64,000 bases of DNA from Bacteriovoracaceae bacterium UBA6261. GTDB taxonomy: Bacteria > Bdellovibrionota > Bacteriovoracia > Bacteriovoracales > Bacteriovoracaceae. This document shows, piece by piece, positions 1 to 10,421 of this stretch. How positions within the stretch are numbered: the stretch's first letter is position 1; each line of letters starts with the position of its first letter. The position numbers and the translations under genes are program-made. A model generated the notes under the pieces. It was given only the letters and a program-made list of their open reading frames with translations, was not told where the DNA came from and searched no databases. The DNA is taken from positions 49,954-113,953 of the forward strand of contig DJVH01000095.1 of NCBI GenBank assembly GCA_002440825.1, written 5' to 3'.

Positions 1-266
1 AAATGGGCTGGATATTTTTTCAGAATCCCGTCTATAATCAATTGTTCTGATTCAGTGTCTGCGTTTGAAGCAATTCCCTGAGCCACTTTTGTTTTAATTT
101 TAAGCGACGAAAGTTTCAATTGTTTTTTCAGCAACAGAGTTCCAGCTTCACCGGCAAGCTTTAGAGCGAGCTTTAAGGCGTCATCCAGCTTTACTTCACT
201 TTTAGTATTCGCTTTCGTCGTCTTCTTCGGTGTAGCTTTGCTCGAAATTTTCTGTGTCTTGCTCAT
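1..266 (-). CDS. inositol monophosphatase (SuhB/CysQ) family protein, N-terminal part (runs off left edge)
   Basis: Not in the ORF track. Manual translation from ATG 266 is open to base 1: MSKTQ...[22 protein letters not shown]...[32 protein letters not shown], matching the IMPase N-terminal pattern (AxxAG...K...aDxxsExxIxxxIxxxYPxH). Confidence 0.75.
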   Translation of the reverse strand, partial: MSKTQKISSKATPKKTTKANTKSEVKLDDALKLALKLAGEAGTLLLKKQLKLSSLKIKTKVAQGIASNADTESEQLIIDGILKKYPAH

Positions 267-444
267 AATCTTCCGTTCCAGTTTCATTCTTGTTTTGTTT
301 TTCGGGAACGCGATAGGATTCTTCAAACCAGTGTCCCAAATCAATCAGCTTGCATCGCTCAGAACAAAAAGGTCTGAACTCACTTTCGTAATAAGAAAAT
401 ATTGTCGCACATTGTGGGCATTTTACCCTCAAAATTTTATTCAT
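202..444 (-). CDS. yacG: DNA gyrase inhibitor YacG (zinc finger) with acidic tail
   Basis: CPQC...[24 protein letters not shown] signature; ATG 444 overlaps the stop of the upstream gene (ATGAATAA). Confidence 0.9.
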   Translation of the reverse strand: MNKILRVKCPQCATIFSYYESEFRPFCSERCKLIDLGHWFEESYRVPEKQNKNETGTEDYEQDTENFEQSYTEEDDESEY

Positions 445-1210
445 AATTCTCACCATATCTGCCAAAGAGTTCAGTTACTTTCTCATACAGACTGTCTTTG
501 ACTTCGAATGTCTTGTTTTGAAACTGCGAAACAAATCGAAGGCCTCTCACAGCATTAGTTAACCAGATTTCCCGGGCCTTCTCAAGATCTTCGCGAGACA
601 CAACTTTTTCTTTAACTGTCATTTGATTACGACGCAAACATTCAGACAATTTTTCTCTGGTAATGCCAGCGAGAACCATTGAACTTTCCGGCGGCGTAAT
701 GATCGTCTGGCCATCAGTCACGATAAAAATATTTGAAGTACTTGCTTCTGTCACTTCATTGTTGTGACTAAAGAAAAGAACGTCTTCAAATCCGGCGTCT
801 TTGGCTTTTTGCAACTCCAGATCTGATTCAAGATAATTGGATTGCTTTAAATAAGAGGGCTTCAATCCCGGTGTTTTTTTTGAAACAGCTTCAACGAGCT
901 TTACTGTGGCGGAAAACTGTCCGCGAACGTGGCTTTCAATAATAAGATTTTCGTCAAAGATGGTGAGTCGTAAATAGTGATCTTTTTTTCCACTCAATTC
1001 TACAGCAATGGCATCTTCAATTGCTTTTTGTTTTCCTGTCCAGTCGTTTCCAGGAAAAAGAAACTCCGCGCCTCGCAACAGCCGCTCAAGATGTGAATTG
1101 AGAAATAAAAGTCTTGATTGAAATTGAATCAGTGAAGTGAAGACGACATGACCTCGTTTTAACGACGTATTCTGATATGGTTGCGCTTGTTCCTGAGTTA
1201 AAATTTTCAT
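437..1210 (-). CDS. PLP-dependent aminotransferase class IV (IlvE/PabC/Dat family)
   Basis: HLERL, LKQSNY (PLP Lys), [23 protein letters not shown] motifs. Confidence 0.85.
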   Translation of the reverse strand: MKILTQEQAQPYQNTSLKRGHVVFTSLIQFQSRLLFLNSHLERLLRGAEFLFPGNDWTGKQKAIEDAIAVELSGKKDHYLRLTIFDENLIIESHVRGQFSATVKLVEAVSKKTPGLKPSYLKQSNYLESDLELQKAKDAGFEDVLFFSHNNEVTEASTSNIFIVTDGQTIITPPESSMVLAGITREKLSECLRRNQMTVKEKVVSREDLEKAREIWLTNAVRGLRFVSQFQNKTFEVKDSLYEKVTELFGRYGENYE

Positions 1211-1286
1211 GCCTTTCGACTGGCCCCTTTCTGCTTATAAGTGTAGCTTTAAGGCACAAGCATTGCCAGAAATTTTAGGATTGTTT

Positions 1287-2210
1287 ATGAAAAATCAAAA
1301 TGCTGTTGTCATTGTAGGATTCGGGTCACAGGCGAGAGCGTGGGCCTTCAACCTGCGCGATTCAAAGAGATCACTTGTCATCGCCTTAAAGCCAGAGAGC
1401 AAATCTTTTGACAGAGCCCGCTCACTGGGATTCGATACAATTGAACTCGAATCGGATAACTTAAAAAAATACCGCCAATTCATCATGCTGATTCCTGATG
1501 ACAAACATAGTGATTTCTTTCACAAAAACAAAAGTCATCTTCAAGCGGGATCACATTTTATTTATGCGCATGGATTCAGTCTGGCCAAGGAAAGGCTTCA
1601 TGAAACTTATAAGACTTTCCAACACTCTCTCCTTGCGCCCAAAGCAATCGCAAGCGAAGTTCGCTTTCAATATGAAACAAAAGGCAAAATAGGCGCAGCT
1701 TTCTATGCAGCTGATACCGCAGCTGAATCAGAACTCAAATCTCTTGCAAAAGATGTCGGTTTCACTGCTTTATACAAAAGTCATTTTGAAGAAGAATGTC
1801 TTGCTGATTTGTTTTCCGAGCAGTCACTCCTTTGCTCACTGCTCCCCTACGGCGCTTTAAAATCTTACAACTTACTCCGCAAAAATGGCGTCTCAGCCGA
1901 GGTGGCCTTCATGGAATGTTATCTTGAACTGAAATCCATTTCACAAGCATTTGTCACTTTAGGCCCTGAAGCTTTTTTTAATCTTATTTCTCCCAACGCT
2001 CTTATAGGCTCACAGAAGGGTCGCAAATTGCTGATGAACGACTCCTTTGACAAGGCCATGGAACAAATTCTCATTGATATAAAAAACAAAGAGTTTTATA
2101 AAGAAGTGGAAGCTGACGCAGACCAGATCAGGGCCAGTGTGGTCAATGAATGGAAAAACGAAGAGCTTTCAAAAACGTTCGAAAAATTAAAACAAGAGCT
2201 CATCCCATGA
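1287..2210 (+). CDS. ilvC: divergent ketol-acid reductoisomerase (IlvC-like, short class I)
   Basis: GFGSQA Rossmann motif, HGF, APK, DLFSEQ and ECYLE metal-ligand motifs; start moved to ATG 1287 (AGGA upstream, avoids overlap with divergent gene). Confidence 0.8.
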   Translation: MKNQNAVVIVGFGSQARAWAFNLRDSKRSLVIALKPESKSFDRARSLGFDTIELESDNLKKYRQFIMLIPDDKHSDFFHKNKSHLQAGSHFIYAHGFSLAKERLHETYKTFQHSLLAPKAIASEVRFQYETKGKIGAAFYAADTAAESELKSLAKDVGFTALYKSHFEEECLADLFSEQSLLCSLLPYGALKSYNLLRKNGVSAEVAFMECYLELKSISQAFVTLGPEAFFNLISPNALIGSQKGRKLLMNDSFDKAMEQILIDIKNKEFYKEVEADADQIRASVVNEWKNEELSKTFEKLKQELIP

Positions 2211-2992
2211 CTTACTTAGCGGCTAAACCAAACTCAAAAATGAATACGCGCCAGCTGCGCGTTTTCAAAAAAACAACAGCGGGCAGAACTCTGCACATGC
2301 TGACTTGTTACGATTATCAGACAGCGCAAATGCTGAATGAAACGGCCCTCGACTTGATTCTTATTGGCGACAGTCTGGGCAATGTTATTCTTGGCTACGA
2401 AACCACCATTGAAGTCACTACAGACACAATGATCTTATTTTCCAAAGCCGTTAAAAAAGGCGCCCCTTCTAAATTTGTCGTGGCTGACATGCCTTTTGGG
2501 TCCTACTCTTCAATGGAGACGGGACTTGCCAATGCCATCAAGCTTTTTCAGCAAAGTGGTGTTGAGGCCTTAAAACTCGAAGGAGCTTTTCCTTTTCAAC
2601 TTGAGCTCATCAAGAGACTGACTCAAGTGGGAATTCCAGTGATGGGCCATATCGGACTCACGCCACAATCAGTTCATGAACAAGGTGGCTATTACACTCA
2701 TGGAAAAAGTGAAACAGAACAAGACCGTTTATTGAAAGAAGCTCAGGCACTTGAAGAAGCCGGCTGTTTTTCGATTGTTCTTGAGTGTGTTGAAGAAAAG
2801 CTTGCTAAAAAAATCACTGAGAAACTTCACATTCCGACAATCGGAATCGGTTCAGGAAATGAAACAGACGGGCAGGTTCTGGTGATCAATGATCTGCTTC
2901 ATCTTGGGAAAAATGATCCACCCAAATTCTGCAAATCTGTAGCGAACCTTTTTGAAACCAAGAAAAAATTCGTTGAGGATTACCTGAAATAA
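2207..2992 (+). CDS. panB: 3-methyl-2-oxobutanoate hydroxymethyltransferase
   Basis: MLTCYD, ILIGDSLG, VVADMPF, KLEG, VMGHIGLTPQS, IGIGSG, DGQVLV; ATGA coupling to the ilvC-like stop. Confidence 0.95.
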   Translation: MTYLAAKPNSKMNTRQLRVFKKTTAGRTLHMLTCYDYQTAQMLNETALDLILIGDSLGNVILGYETTIEVTTDTMILFSKAVKKGAPSKFVVADMPFGSYSSMETGLANAIKLFQQSGVEALKLEGAFPFQLELIKRLTQVGIPVMGHIGLTPQSVHEQGGYYTHGKSETEQDRLLKEAQALEEAGCFSIVLECVEEKLAKKITEKLHIPTIGIGSGNETDGQVLVINDLLHLGKNDPPKFCKSVANLFETKKKFVEDYLK

Positions 2993-2995
2993 AAC

Positions 2996-3697
2996 ATGAG
3001 AGTCATTACAATTGATAACGGAAACACGAATCCTCACGCAGGAATTTTTGAGCAGAATAAACTCACTGCTGTTGTTCCCTTAAAATCTTTTGTTCCCAGA
3101 CCAGATGACATCCTGATTGCTTCTGATGTCGGAGCCCCTCACCATCTGCCTCTGACAATAGATTTGAAAACCAAAAGGCACACAAACGCCCATCCTTTTT
3201 TCCTCGACATGAAAGTGAATTATGCAGAGACATTAGGAGATGACCGGCTCATCAGCGGTTACTACATCTTTAAAAAAATCCTGCAACCGAATGAAAAATA
3301 TCTGCTCATTGATGCAGGAACTTTCATCACAATGGATTTGGTTACGGCTCATGGTTTTGAAGGCGGTTTTATTTTTCCGGGACTAAAAACATTTCTTCAC
3401 TCCTACGCAAAAGGAGCGCAGCTGCCGGTTCTTGATAACAACAATTTTAAGCTGAAAGATTTTCCGCACTCAACGGAAGAAGCAATTTTAGGAGCGAAGG
3501 AAATTTACCTGGACTCAATACTAAAAGGCATCATCCTAAAGATGATGCCTTCAAAAATTTTTATTACCGGTGGAGCCGGAGATATCATTGAATTAAAACT
3601 GAAAGAACTTAATTTAAAAGTTCCGCTTGAGTCAGATCCTCATTTAATACATTCAGCGCTATTTTCGCTCCAACAATCTCTTCTTCCTCAAGCATAA
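2996..3697 (+). CDS. coaX: type III pantothenate kinase
   Basis: IDNGNT, LGDDR, IDAGT, GGFIFPG, ITGG motifs; follows panB. Confidence 0.85.
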   Translation: MRVITIDNGNTNPHAGIFEQNKLTAVVPLKSFVPRPDDILIASDVGAPHHLPLTIDLKTKRHTNAHPFFLDMKVNYAETLGDDRLISGYYIFKKILQPNEKYLLIDAGTFITMDLVTAHGFEGGFIFPGLKTFLHSYAKGAQLPVLDNNNFKLKDFPHSTEEAILGAKEIYLDSILKGIILKMMPSKIFITGGAGDIIELKLKELNLKVPLESDPHLIHSALFSLQQSLLPQA

Positions 3698-3905
3698 GCA
3701 TCAGCCTGGATGGAATCTGAACCGCACGATATTTTTTTCCGTTTGTTGTTCTGATCCAATAACCTTTAACGAGTTTTTCTTCTACAACCATTCTGATTGG
3801 TTTGATACTGATAACGTGATCGAGATTAATCAAAAGAGTTTCAAAGACATTATCAACTGATTGTCCGTCTTTTGGTGAAACAATTTGAAACTTTTCCAAT
3901 GCCAT
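3609..3905 (-). CDS. hypothetical protein
   Basis: ORF with GAGGA RBS before ATG 3905; overlaps the coaX 3' end convergently. Confidence 0.6.
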   Translation of the reverse strand: MALEKFQIVSPKDGQSVDNVFETLLINLDHVISIKPIRMVVEEKLVKGYWIRTTNGKKYRAVQIPSRLMLMLEEEEIVGAKIALNVLNEDLTQAELLN

Positions 3906-3975
3906 AAAATCCTCTTTGAAAGTGATAGAAGGATTATAGGCTCTCTTGAAAAACATGAAAGGGAGGCCGTATTTT

Positions 3976-4689
3976 TTACATCTTTTTGATCGCTCTCAGT
4001 CTCAATGCGACGAAGAGACAAATGCAAACTGGTAAATAAAATCCGAAGAACTGAACTTTTGAATAGATAAGGGCGCTGACAAAGGACCCGAAGAAGAATG
4101 AAATAAAAATGCCCAGGCGGGTCCAGTTGGCGAAAACTTCGTGTTTATGACCTTTATCAATGGAGAGAATACGGACAATCCCGATACCAAGGTCGGTCAC
4201 CAGACCTGTCAAGTGAGTGGTGCGGATAACGGCCCCTGAGGCGCTGGAAATAACCGCATTTTGCAGACCACAGGTAAATGAAAGAACAAAAAGCAAAAGA
4301 TAGTCGCGAGTGAGATTCAGAGGCTCGCCGAAACCGCCAAAGATCCCCATGGAACCGCCGATAGCGATAAAACTCAAGCTGATCAACATAAAAGAAAAAA
4401 CGAGTGAATAAAGCGGAGTTTGATTGTGGATACGTCTCCTTTCCACACACCACGCCGAGAACATGGCACCGGTTATATAAGACACCGGCACGAGAAGCAT
4501 CCCAAGCATTTCGACCCAATTGGCCTTGGCCCCGGCCGCACCTGCAAGAGTCGCAAATCCCGTTACGTGAGAGACAAAACGATGAACCGTGAGAAAACCT
4601 CCGGTATTGATTGTCCCGCCCTGAAAGGCCAGGAGAAACCAGATAAACATATTTCGTGGGTCATAAAGTGAGTCGGTGTCTTTGAACAT
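3976..4689 (-). CDS. YoaK / DUF1275 family membrane protein
   Basis: LAFQGGTIN, FVSHVTG, GLQNA, IRTTHLTGLVTDLG; multiple TM segments. Confidence 0.85.
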   Translation of the reverse strand: MFKDTDSLYDPRNMFIWFLLAFQGGTINTGGFLTVHRFVSHVTGFATLAGAAGAKANWVEMLGMLLVPVSYITGAMFSAWCVERRRIHNQTPLYSLVFSFMLISLSFIAIGGSMGIFGGFGEPLNLTRDYLLLFVLSFTCGLQNAVISSASGAVIRTTHLTGLVTDLGIGIVRILSIDKGHKHEVFANWTRLGIFISFFFGSFVSALIYSKVQFFGFYLPVCICLFVALRLRAIKKM

Positions 4690-4747
4690 GTTTATAATTA
4701 TTCCCCTGCGCCTTCCAAATGAAAAGAGCAAATTGTATAGTTCGTTC

Positions 4748-5560
4748 ATGACAGAATTTGACTACCAGGATTACAACCAGCGCTTTGGCGGTATAGCACG
4801 ACTGTACGGAGTTGAGGGATTGAAAAATCTCCTTCATTCGCACGTCCTCGTTGTCGGCCTTGGCGGAGTCGGAACCTGGGCAGCTGAAGCTTTGGCAAGA
4901 TCGGGGGTTGGATCAATTACATTAGTTGATCTGGACGACATTTGTATCACCAACACAAACAGACAAATTCACGCAATGAACGGCTTCATTGGCAAAATGA
5001 AAGTTCATGCGATTCGAGAAAGAATTCTTGCTATCAATCCTCAGTGCAACGTTCAGGCTATTGAAGATTTCTTTACGGCAAAGACAAGCGAGATGATTCT
5101 CGACTGCAAATATGATTACGTCATCGATGCTATCGACAGTCTTCAAAGCAAATGCGTGCTGGCTGCTGCCTGCAAAGAAAAAAACCTTCCTTTAATTATT
5201 ACTGGCGGCGCTGCCGGAAAAAGAAATCCTTCGTTGATAAAAATTGATGATCTTGGATTGGCGTGCAACGACTCCCTTCTCTTTACTCTCAGAAAAAGAC
5301 TCCGTCAGGAATTTGCTTTTCCTTCGGGAGCAGGTTTTACCCGCAGTAAAAAACAGCGTTTTGAAATTGCCTGTGTCTATTCTCCGGAAGAGCCCTGGTA
5401 TCCCAAAAGTGATGGTTCAGTTTGTGAAATGAAAGAAGCTGATACCAGTATTAAACTTGATTGTGAAACCGGCATGGGATCGATCACTCATATTACCGGG
5501 ACTTTTGGCTTCATGGCCGCAAGCTATGTCATTGATAAAATCGCCTTCCGGCCGCACTAA
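4748..5560 (+). CDS. tcdA: tRNA threonylcarbamoyladenosine dehydratase (ThiF/CsdL family)
   Basis: QRFGGIARLYG, VVGLGGVGTWAAEALARSG, TNTNRQIHA, DAIDS, CVYSPE, LDCETGMGS. Confidence 0.9.
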   Translation: MTEFDYQDYNQRFGGIARLYGVEGLKNLLHSHVLVVGLGGVGTWAAEALARSGVGSITLVDLDDICITNTNRQIHAMNGFIGKMKVHAIRERILAINPQCNVQAIEDFFTAKTSEMILDCKYDYVIDAIDSLQSKCVLAAACKEKNLPLIITGGAAGKRNPSLIKIDDLGLACNDSLLFTLRKRLRQEFAFPSGAGFTRSKKQRFEIACVYSPEEPWYPKSDGSVCEMKEADTSIKLDCETGMGSITHITGTFGFMAASYVIDKIAFRPH

Positions 5561-5570
5561 TCCACTCAAC

Positions 5571-5597
5571 TTTAGCATTTCCACAAACAACCGATAA
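5571..5597 (+). promoter_or_regulatory. putative sigma28 (FliA)-type promoter
   Basis: TTTA(G)-N16-CCGATAA; -10 box ends 7 nt before ATG 5605. Confidence 0.5.
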
Positions 5598-5604
5598 GGG
5601 ACCA

Positions 5605-6450
5605 ATGAAATACCTCTTTTTGGGTCTACTTTTTATTGGATTTAAAACTCAAGCAGCCTGCAACACCGGTGCGGTTGAATACAAACATCAAACCGGATTT
5701 GGAATTTCATTCGGTTCAGGTGGCGTAAAAAGCAATTATTCTGAAGGAATGTCGATCAATGTACCTCTCTCTGTAAATGGCGAACCCGCGTGCTTTCGAA
5801 AGAAAAACAAATTCGCTCTTAAAGCTGAAAATAGTGCGGAAAAAGATCAAGGAAAAATAACCATCTCTCCCATGAAACTCGAATTTGAAAATGTCCCTGA
5901 ATCCAGTGCCAGACAGTATCTCTTTGTAGAGAAAAACGCTGATCGCAATCAAGTGAAGTTCCACACCATGAGTTTTGTGTGCATGGGCGAAATTCCCCTT
6001 TCAATTGAAGCAACCAGCGATAGTTATTCAAAAATCTTATTAAACTCAAAAGTAATATCTACAAATTTTTCTACGACATTTGCGACCGGAGCAGCGGCAG
6101 ATAATTTAAAAACGGGACGAATGGCGCTTTCCTCCCAAGGGACTTTTGATTTTTTTGCCAAAGTTTATAAAGAAAAATCCAACAAAGAACTTGAATCAAA
6201 TCTTTGTTGCGGACAAAAAGTTCCGAGCATTATTTCCGATTCCTCTATTAATGTGATGGCAGGAATTGAACGTACAATAGCTTCAAGCTTCACAACAATG
6301 GGAGCGAGAGTTCCCAATGGATGTTCAAAAGACTTTTCAACTGTCATGAACCAATATCTTCTTGAAAATTTCGAACAGAATGATTCTTTAAAAGATTATT
6401 CAGTGAAGAAAAAATGGTTTTCTGATGACATTCAATTCGAATGGAAATAA
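5605..6450 (+). CDS. secreted hypothetical protein
   Basis: Sec signal MKYLFLGLLFIGFKTQA; 281 aa; several Cys. Confidence 0.75.
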   Translation: MKYLFLGLLFIGFKTQAACNTGAVEYKHQTGFGISFGSGGVKSNYSEGMSINVPLSVNGEPACFRKKNKFALKAENSAEKDQGKITISPMKLEFENVPESSARQYLFVEKNADRNQVKFHTMSFVCMGEIPLSIEATSDSYSKILLNSKVISTNFSTTFATGAAADNLKTGRMALSSQGTFDFFAKVYKEKSNKELESNLCCGQKVPSIISDSSINVMAGIERTIASSFTTMGARVPNGCSKDFSTVMNQYLLENFEQNDSLKDYSVKKKWFSDDIQFEWK

Positions 6451-6813
6451 TTAAATTTTAAACGTTCCCTGATGAAAAATCATCTGCCATTGCAAATTGT
6501 TTTTTCTCCAGAGAGAACTTCTTAAGGCCACTCTTTCTTCCTGCCCATTGATAAGCCTGTAAGAAATATAAGTGACAAAATAATTGTCGGGGGACAGCTC
6601 TTTTAACTGATAATTTCTTGAAAGAATTTGTGGTGCACTTTTATCTTCTGAAGGAAGACGCGTGAGGATATCGTTTTTTGTCCACACATTGCCTGAAGAT
6701 CCGAATTCATAAAAATCATCCGCAATGATTTCATTCAAACGGGCATAATTGCCTCTGGTCAGAGAACTATGGAGTTCCTTTTCCAGAGAAATGATTAATT
6801 CTTCAGTTGTCAT
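6451..6813 (-). CDS. DUF4440 / NTF2-like protein
   Basis: DDFYEFGSSG...RSSLWRK...WQMIFHQGT. Confidence 0.85.
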   Translation of the reverse strand: MTTEELIISLEKELHSSLTRGNYARLNEIIADDFYEFGSSGNVWTKNDILTRLPSEDKSAPQILSRNYQLKELSPDNYFVTYISYRLINGQEERVALRSSLWRKNNLQWQMIFHQGTFKI

Positions 6814-7378
6814 CAAGTCCCGCTCTGTACACTTTGTATTGAATCCCTTCCCGCTTTTTTTCGCTGGCATTTTTCATTGAACCAAAACTGGTGACAGTGA
6901 CTGGACTAATGCCGCAAAACTCAAGCGTTGCTTTTTTCATCATATTCACAGCTGGATGAAAATACATCAGATAAAGCCAGGCGACAGGAGCATCACTGGT
7001 TAAAATGAGCCTGGACTTTTTTCCCGTCAGTAGTTTATCCCAGTTATTGGAATTCTCCCGGTATTTGAAGGCGAAGCCTGGTAAGAAAACGCGGTCGATA
7101 AAACCTTTCATTAAAGCGGGTGGTGCTGACCACCATACCGGAAAAATGAAGACGATATTGTTGGCCCATTTGAGTAACCGCTGAGCTTCCACCAAATCCG
7201 GTTCGAGTGTCTGAACTTTGTTATAACCATTTCGAAGAATAGGATCAAATTTCAAATCGCCGAGATTAAGTCTTGAGACTTCTCCCCCTTTTTCCTTCGC
7301 TCCTTTTTCATATGAATCTGCCAGTGAACCACAAAATGATTTTTTATCAGGATGCCCGAGAATAATCAGAGTTCTCAT
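6803..7378 (-). CDS. NAD(P)H-dependent oxidoreductase, flavodoxin-like fold
   Basis: GHPDKKSF, FPVWWSAPPALMKGFIDRV, PGFAFKY. Confidence 0.9.
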   Translation of the reverse strand: MRTLIILGHPDKKSFCGSLADSYEKGAKEKGGEVSRLNLGDLKFDPILRNGYNKVQTLEPDLVEAQRLLKWANNIVFIFPVWWSAPPALMKGFIDRVFLPGFAFKYRENSNNWDKLLTGKKSRLILTSDAPVAWLYLMYFHPAVNMMKKATLEFCGISPVTVTSFGSMKNASEKKREGIQYKVYRAGLDDN

Positions 7379-7881
7379 AGAATGGCTTTGTCTCCATGAA
7401 GCTTGTGAAGAATTTTCTTGGCAATTGAAGGCATGACGTATTGATCAATGCGCTCATTAAGAACGGCCAGTTCGCGAATGAGAGTGGAAGAAATTGTTGC
7501 AAAGTGCGGCTTGGCAAAAAGACAGATCGTCTCAATTTCTTTGCTGATCCCACGGTTCCCGACAGAGAGTTCGAGCTCCATTTGATAATCGGAAGAGTTT
7601 CTAAGCCCGCGCAGCAAAAACTCTGCCCCTTTTGCTTCTGCAAACCGCGCAACGGTGCCCTGAAATTCGCAAACTTCAACATTTTTTAATTTATAGTAAT
7701 CGACGTAGGCCTGCATCATCTCCAGGCGCTCTTCCACTGTAAACATATAGCTTTTTTTAGGATTCGTGGCGGCCACCCAGATGACTTTCTCAAAATGCTT
7801 TGCCGCTCTCATCATGATGTCAGCGTGCCCCCACGTCGGCGGGTTTGCGGAGATAGGATAAACTACAATTTTTTCGCTCAT
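7375..7881 (-). CDS. coaD: phosphopantetheine adenylyltransferase
   Basis: YPISANPPTWGH (variant of YPGTFDPITxGH), NPKK, LLRGLR, ISSTLIRE. Confidence 0.9.
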   Translation of the reverse strand: MSEKIVVYPISANPPTWGHADIMMRAAKHFEKVIWVAATNPKKSYMFTVEERLEMMQAYVDYYKLKNVEVCEFQGTVARFAEAKGAEFLLRGLRNSSDYQMELELSVGNRGISKEIETICLFAKPHFATISSTLIRELAVLNERIDQYVMPSIAKKILHKLHGDKAIL

Positions 7882-7992
7882 AAACGTCTCTCAAATTTTG
7901 AGTTATCCCCAGTATTATACACTTTATAAAAAGAATTCCTAGTGTTAGACTTTTGACTTCAAAACTCAAGGTTCATTTACCAAGGAAAATCC

Positions 7993-10404
7993 ATGTCTGA
8001 AATCGAGTACAATTTCTCAGAAATCGAAGCCAAGTGGCAAAAGTATTGGGACGAAAACAAAACGTTCAAAGCTGACAACAATTCACAAAAACCGAAATAC
8101 TATGCCCTCGATATGTTCCCGTTTCCTTCTGGAGACGGTCTGCACGTAGGTCACCCTGAAGGCTACACAGCAACAGACATCATGTCCCGCTACAAAAGAA
8201 TGAATGGATTCAACGTCCTTCACCCGATGGGCTGGGACTCTTTCGGCTTACCGGCCGAAAACTATGCGATGAAAACAGGAACACATCCTGACATCACGAC
8301 AAAGAAAAATATCGCGACATTCACAAGACAGCTAAAGTCTCTCGGTTTCTCATATGATTGGGATCGAGAAATTGCTACATCGAATGTCGATTATTATAAA
8401 TGGACTCAATGGATCTTCGTCCAGCTTTATAACAAAGGCCTCGCTTACGAATCTGAAATGAACGTAAACTGGTGTCCGGCGCTCGGAACGGTTCTCGCAA
8501 ACGAAGAAGTCATCGATGGAAAATCAGAAGTCGGCGGTCACCCTGTTATTCAGCAAAAAATGAAACAATGGGTTCTTCGTATTACTGAATATGCAGAAAG
8601 ACTTTTAAACGATGTTGAAGAACTCGACTGGCCTGAGTCGATCAAGGAAATGCAAAGAAACTGGATCGGTAAATCGGAAGGCGCTACGATTAAATTTAAA
8701 ATCGAAGGTCACAAACACGATGTCGAAGTTTTCACGACAAGACCTGATACGCTTTTTGGGGCGACTTACATGGTTCTTGCTCCTGAACACGCACTCGTCA
8801 GAGAAATTGCGACGGAAGCTCAAAGCTTTGATGTTGAAAAATATATTGAAGCCTGCAAACTTAAAAACGATCTTGAAAGAACTGAACTTAACAAAGATAA
8901 AACTGGTGTTTTCACCGGTGCCTTTGCCACGAATCCTGTAACTGGAAAAAAAGTTCCGGTGTGGATTGCTGATTACGTTCTCGCGACATACGGTACAGGC
9001 GCTGTTATGGCGGTTCCGGCTCACGACGAACGCGATCATGAGTTTGCCAAAAAATACTCTCTCCCAATGGTCAGAGTTATCGAAGGTGGAGATATTGACG
9101 AAGCTGCGTACACTGGCGACGGCAAGCACATCAACTCTGATTTTATCAACGGATTGAACGTTGCTGACTCAAAAAAGAAAGTGATTGAGTGGCTAGAAAA
9201 AAATAATCTTGGCGCGGGCAAAATCAATTACAAACTTCGCGACTGGATTTTCTCACGTCAAAGATATTGGGGTGAACCATTCCCGATTTTAAAATTTGAA
9301 GACGGAACTATTCGTTGCCTCGACGCTGATGAGCTTCCGCTTCCACTTCCTGAGTTAAAAGAATTCAAACCATCAGGTAACGGCGAGTCTCCGCTTGCAA
9401 ACGCCACTGACTGGTTGTGGATTACTGATCCAAAAACGGGAAAGAAAGCAAAACGCGAAACAAATACAATGCCGAACTGGGCCGGCTCTTGCTGGTACTA
9501 CCTCCGCTTCTGTGATCCGAAAAATGAAAAAGAACCTTGGAACAAAGATGTAGAGAAATACTGGATGCCTGTCGATCTTTATATCGGTGGAGCTGAACAC
9601 GCCGTTCTTCACTTGCTGTATGCACGCTTCTGGCACAAAGTTCTCTTTGATCTTGGCTTTGTTTCAACAAAAGAACCATTCAAGAAACTCGTCAACCAGG
9701 GCCTTATTCTCGCAAGCGACGGCGAAAAAATGTCGAAGTCACGCGGAAACGTTGTAAACCCTGATCACGTTGTCAAAGAATTCGGCGGTGACTCTCTTCG
9801 CCTCTACGAAATGTTCATGGGGCCACTTGAAAAAGTAAAACCGTGGAAAGAAGACGGTGTAAAAGGTGTTTTCAATTTCCTTAACCGCGTTTACAGATTC
9901 TTCGCTGAACCTTCTCACATTGTGGGTGGAGCTGAATCAGAAGAAACGATAAAAATGCTTCATAAAACAATTAAGAAAGTGACTGGCGATTACGAAAACC
10001 TACGTTTCAATACGGCCATTTCTGCTCTGATGATTTTCACCAATCACTGCTACAAGGCCGGTACAGTGACGAAAGAAACAGCAGAAACTTTTGCGCTTCT
10101 TCTCGCACCAATGGCCCCACATATCTCTGAAGAACTTTGGGCAAAGCTTGGTCACACTAAAACGCTTACTTACGAAACATGGCCGAAATACGACGAAGCT
10201 CTGGCTAAAGACGATATGATTACGGTTGCTGTTCAGGTGAACGGAAAACTTCGTGCAACACTTGAGGTAGAACCATCGATTACTCAGGAAGAAATTCTTG
10301 CGATGGCAAAAGCTGAAGAATCAGTAGCGAAGCATATGGCAGGAACAATCGTTAAAGAAATTTATGTTCCTGGGAAAATTGTTAACTTCGTAGTGAAAGC
10401 TTAA
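7993..10404 (+). CDS. leuS: leucine--tRNA ligase
   Basis: HVGH, KMSKS, FTTRPDT editing domain, [21 protein letters not shown]. Confidence 0.98.
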   Translation: MSEIEYNFSEIEAKWQKYWDENKTFKADNNSQKPKYYALDMFPFPSGDGLHVGHPEGYTATDIMSRYKRMNGFNVLHPMGWDSFGLPAENYAMKTGTHPDITTKKNIATFTRQLKSLGFSYDWDREIATSNVDYYKWTQWIFVQLYNKGLAYESEMNVNWCPALGTVLANEEVIDGKSEVGGHPVIQQKMKQWVLRITEYAERLLNDVEELDWPESIKEMQRNWIGKSEGATIKFKIEGHKHDVEVFTTRPDTLFGATYMVLAPEHALVREIATEAQSFDVEKYIEACKLKNDLERTELNKDKTGVFTGAFATNPVTGKKVPVWIADYVLATYGTGAVMAVPAHDERDHEFAKKYSLPMVRVIEGGDIDEAAYTGDGKHINSDFINGLNVADSKKKVIEWLEKNNLGAGKINYKLRDWIFSRQRYWGEPFPILKFEDGTIRCLDADELPLPLPELKEFKPSGNGESPLANATDWLWITDPKTGKKAKRETNTMPNWAGSCWYYLRFCDPKNEKEPWNKDVEKYWMPVDLYIGGAEHAVLHLLYARFWHKVLFDLGFVSTKEPFKKLVNQGLILASDGEKMSKSRGNVVNPDHVVKEFGGDSLRLYEMFMGPLEKVKPWKEDGVKGVFNFLNRVYRFFAEPSHIVGGAESEETIKMLHKTIKKVTGDYENLRFNTAISALMIFTNHCYKAGTVTKETAETFALLLAPMAPHISEELWAKLGHTKTLTYETWPKYDEALAKDDMITVAVQVNGKLRATLEVEPSITQEEILAMAKAEESVAKHMAGTIVKEIYVPGKIVNFVVKA

Positions 10405-10421
10405 TTAAGAAGAGGATTTTT

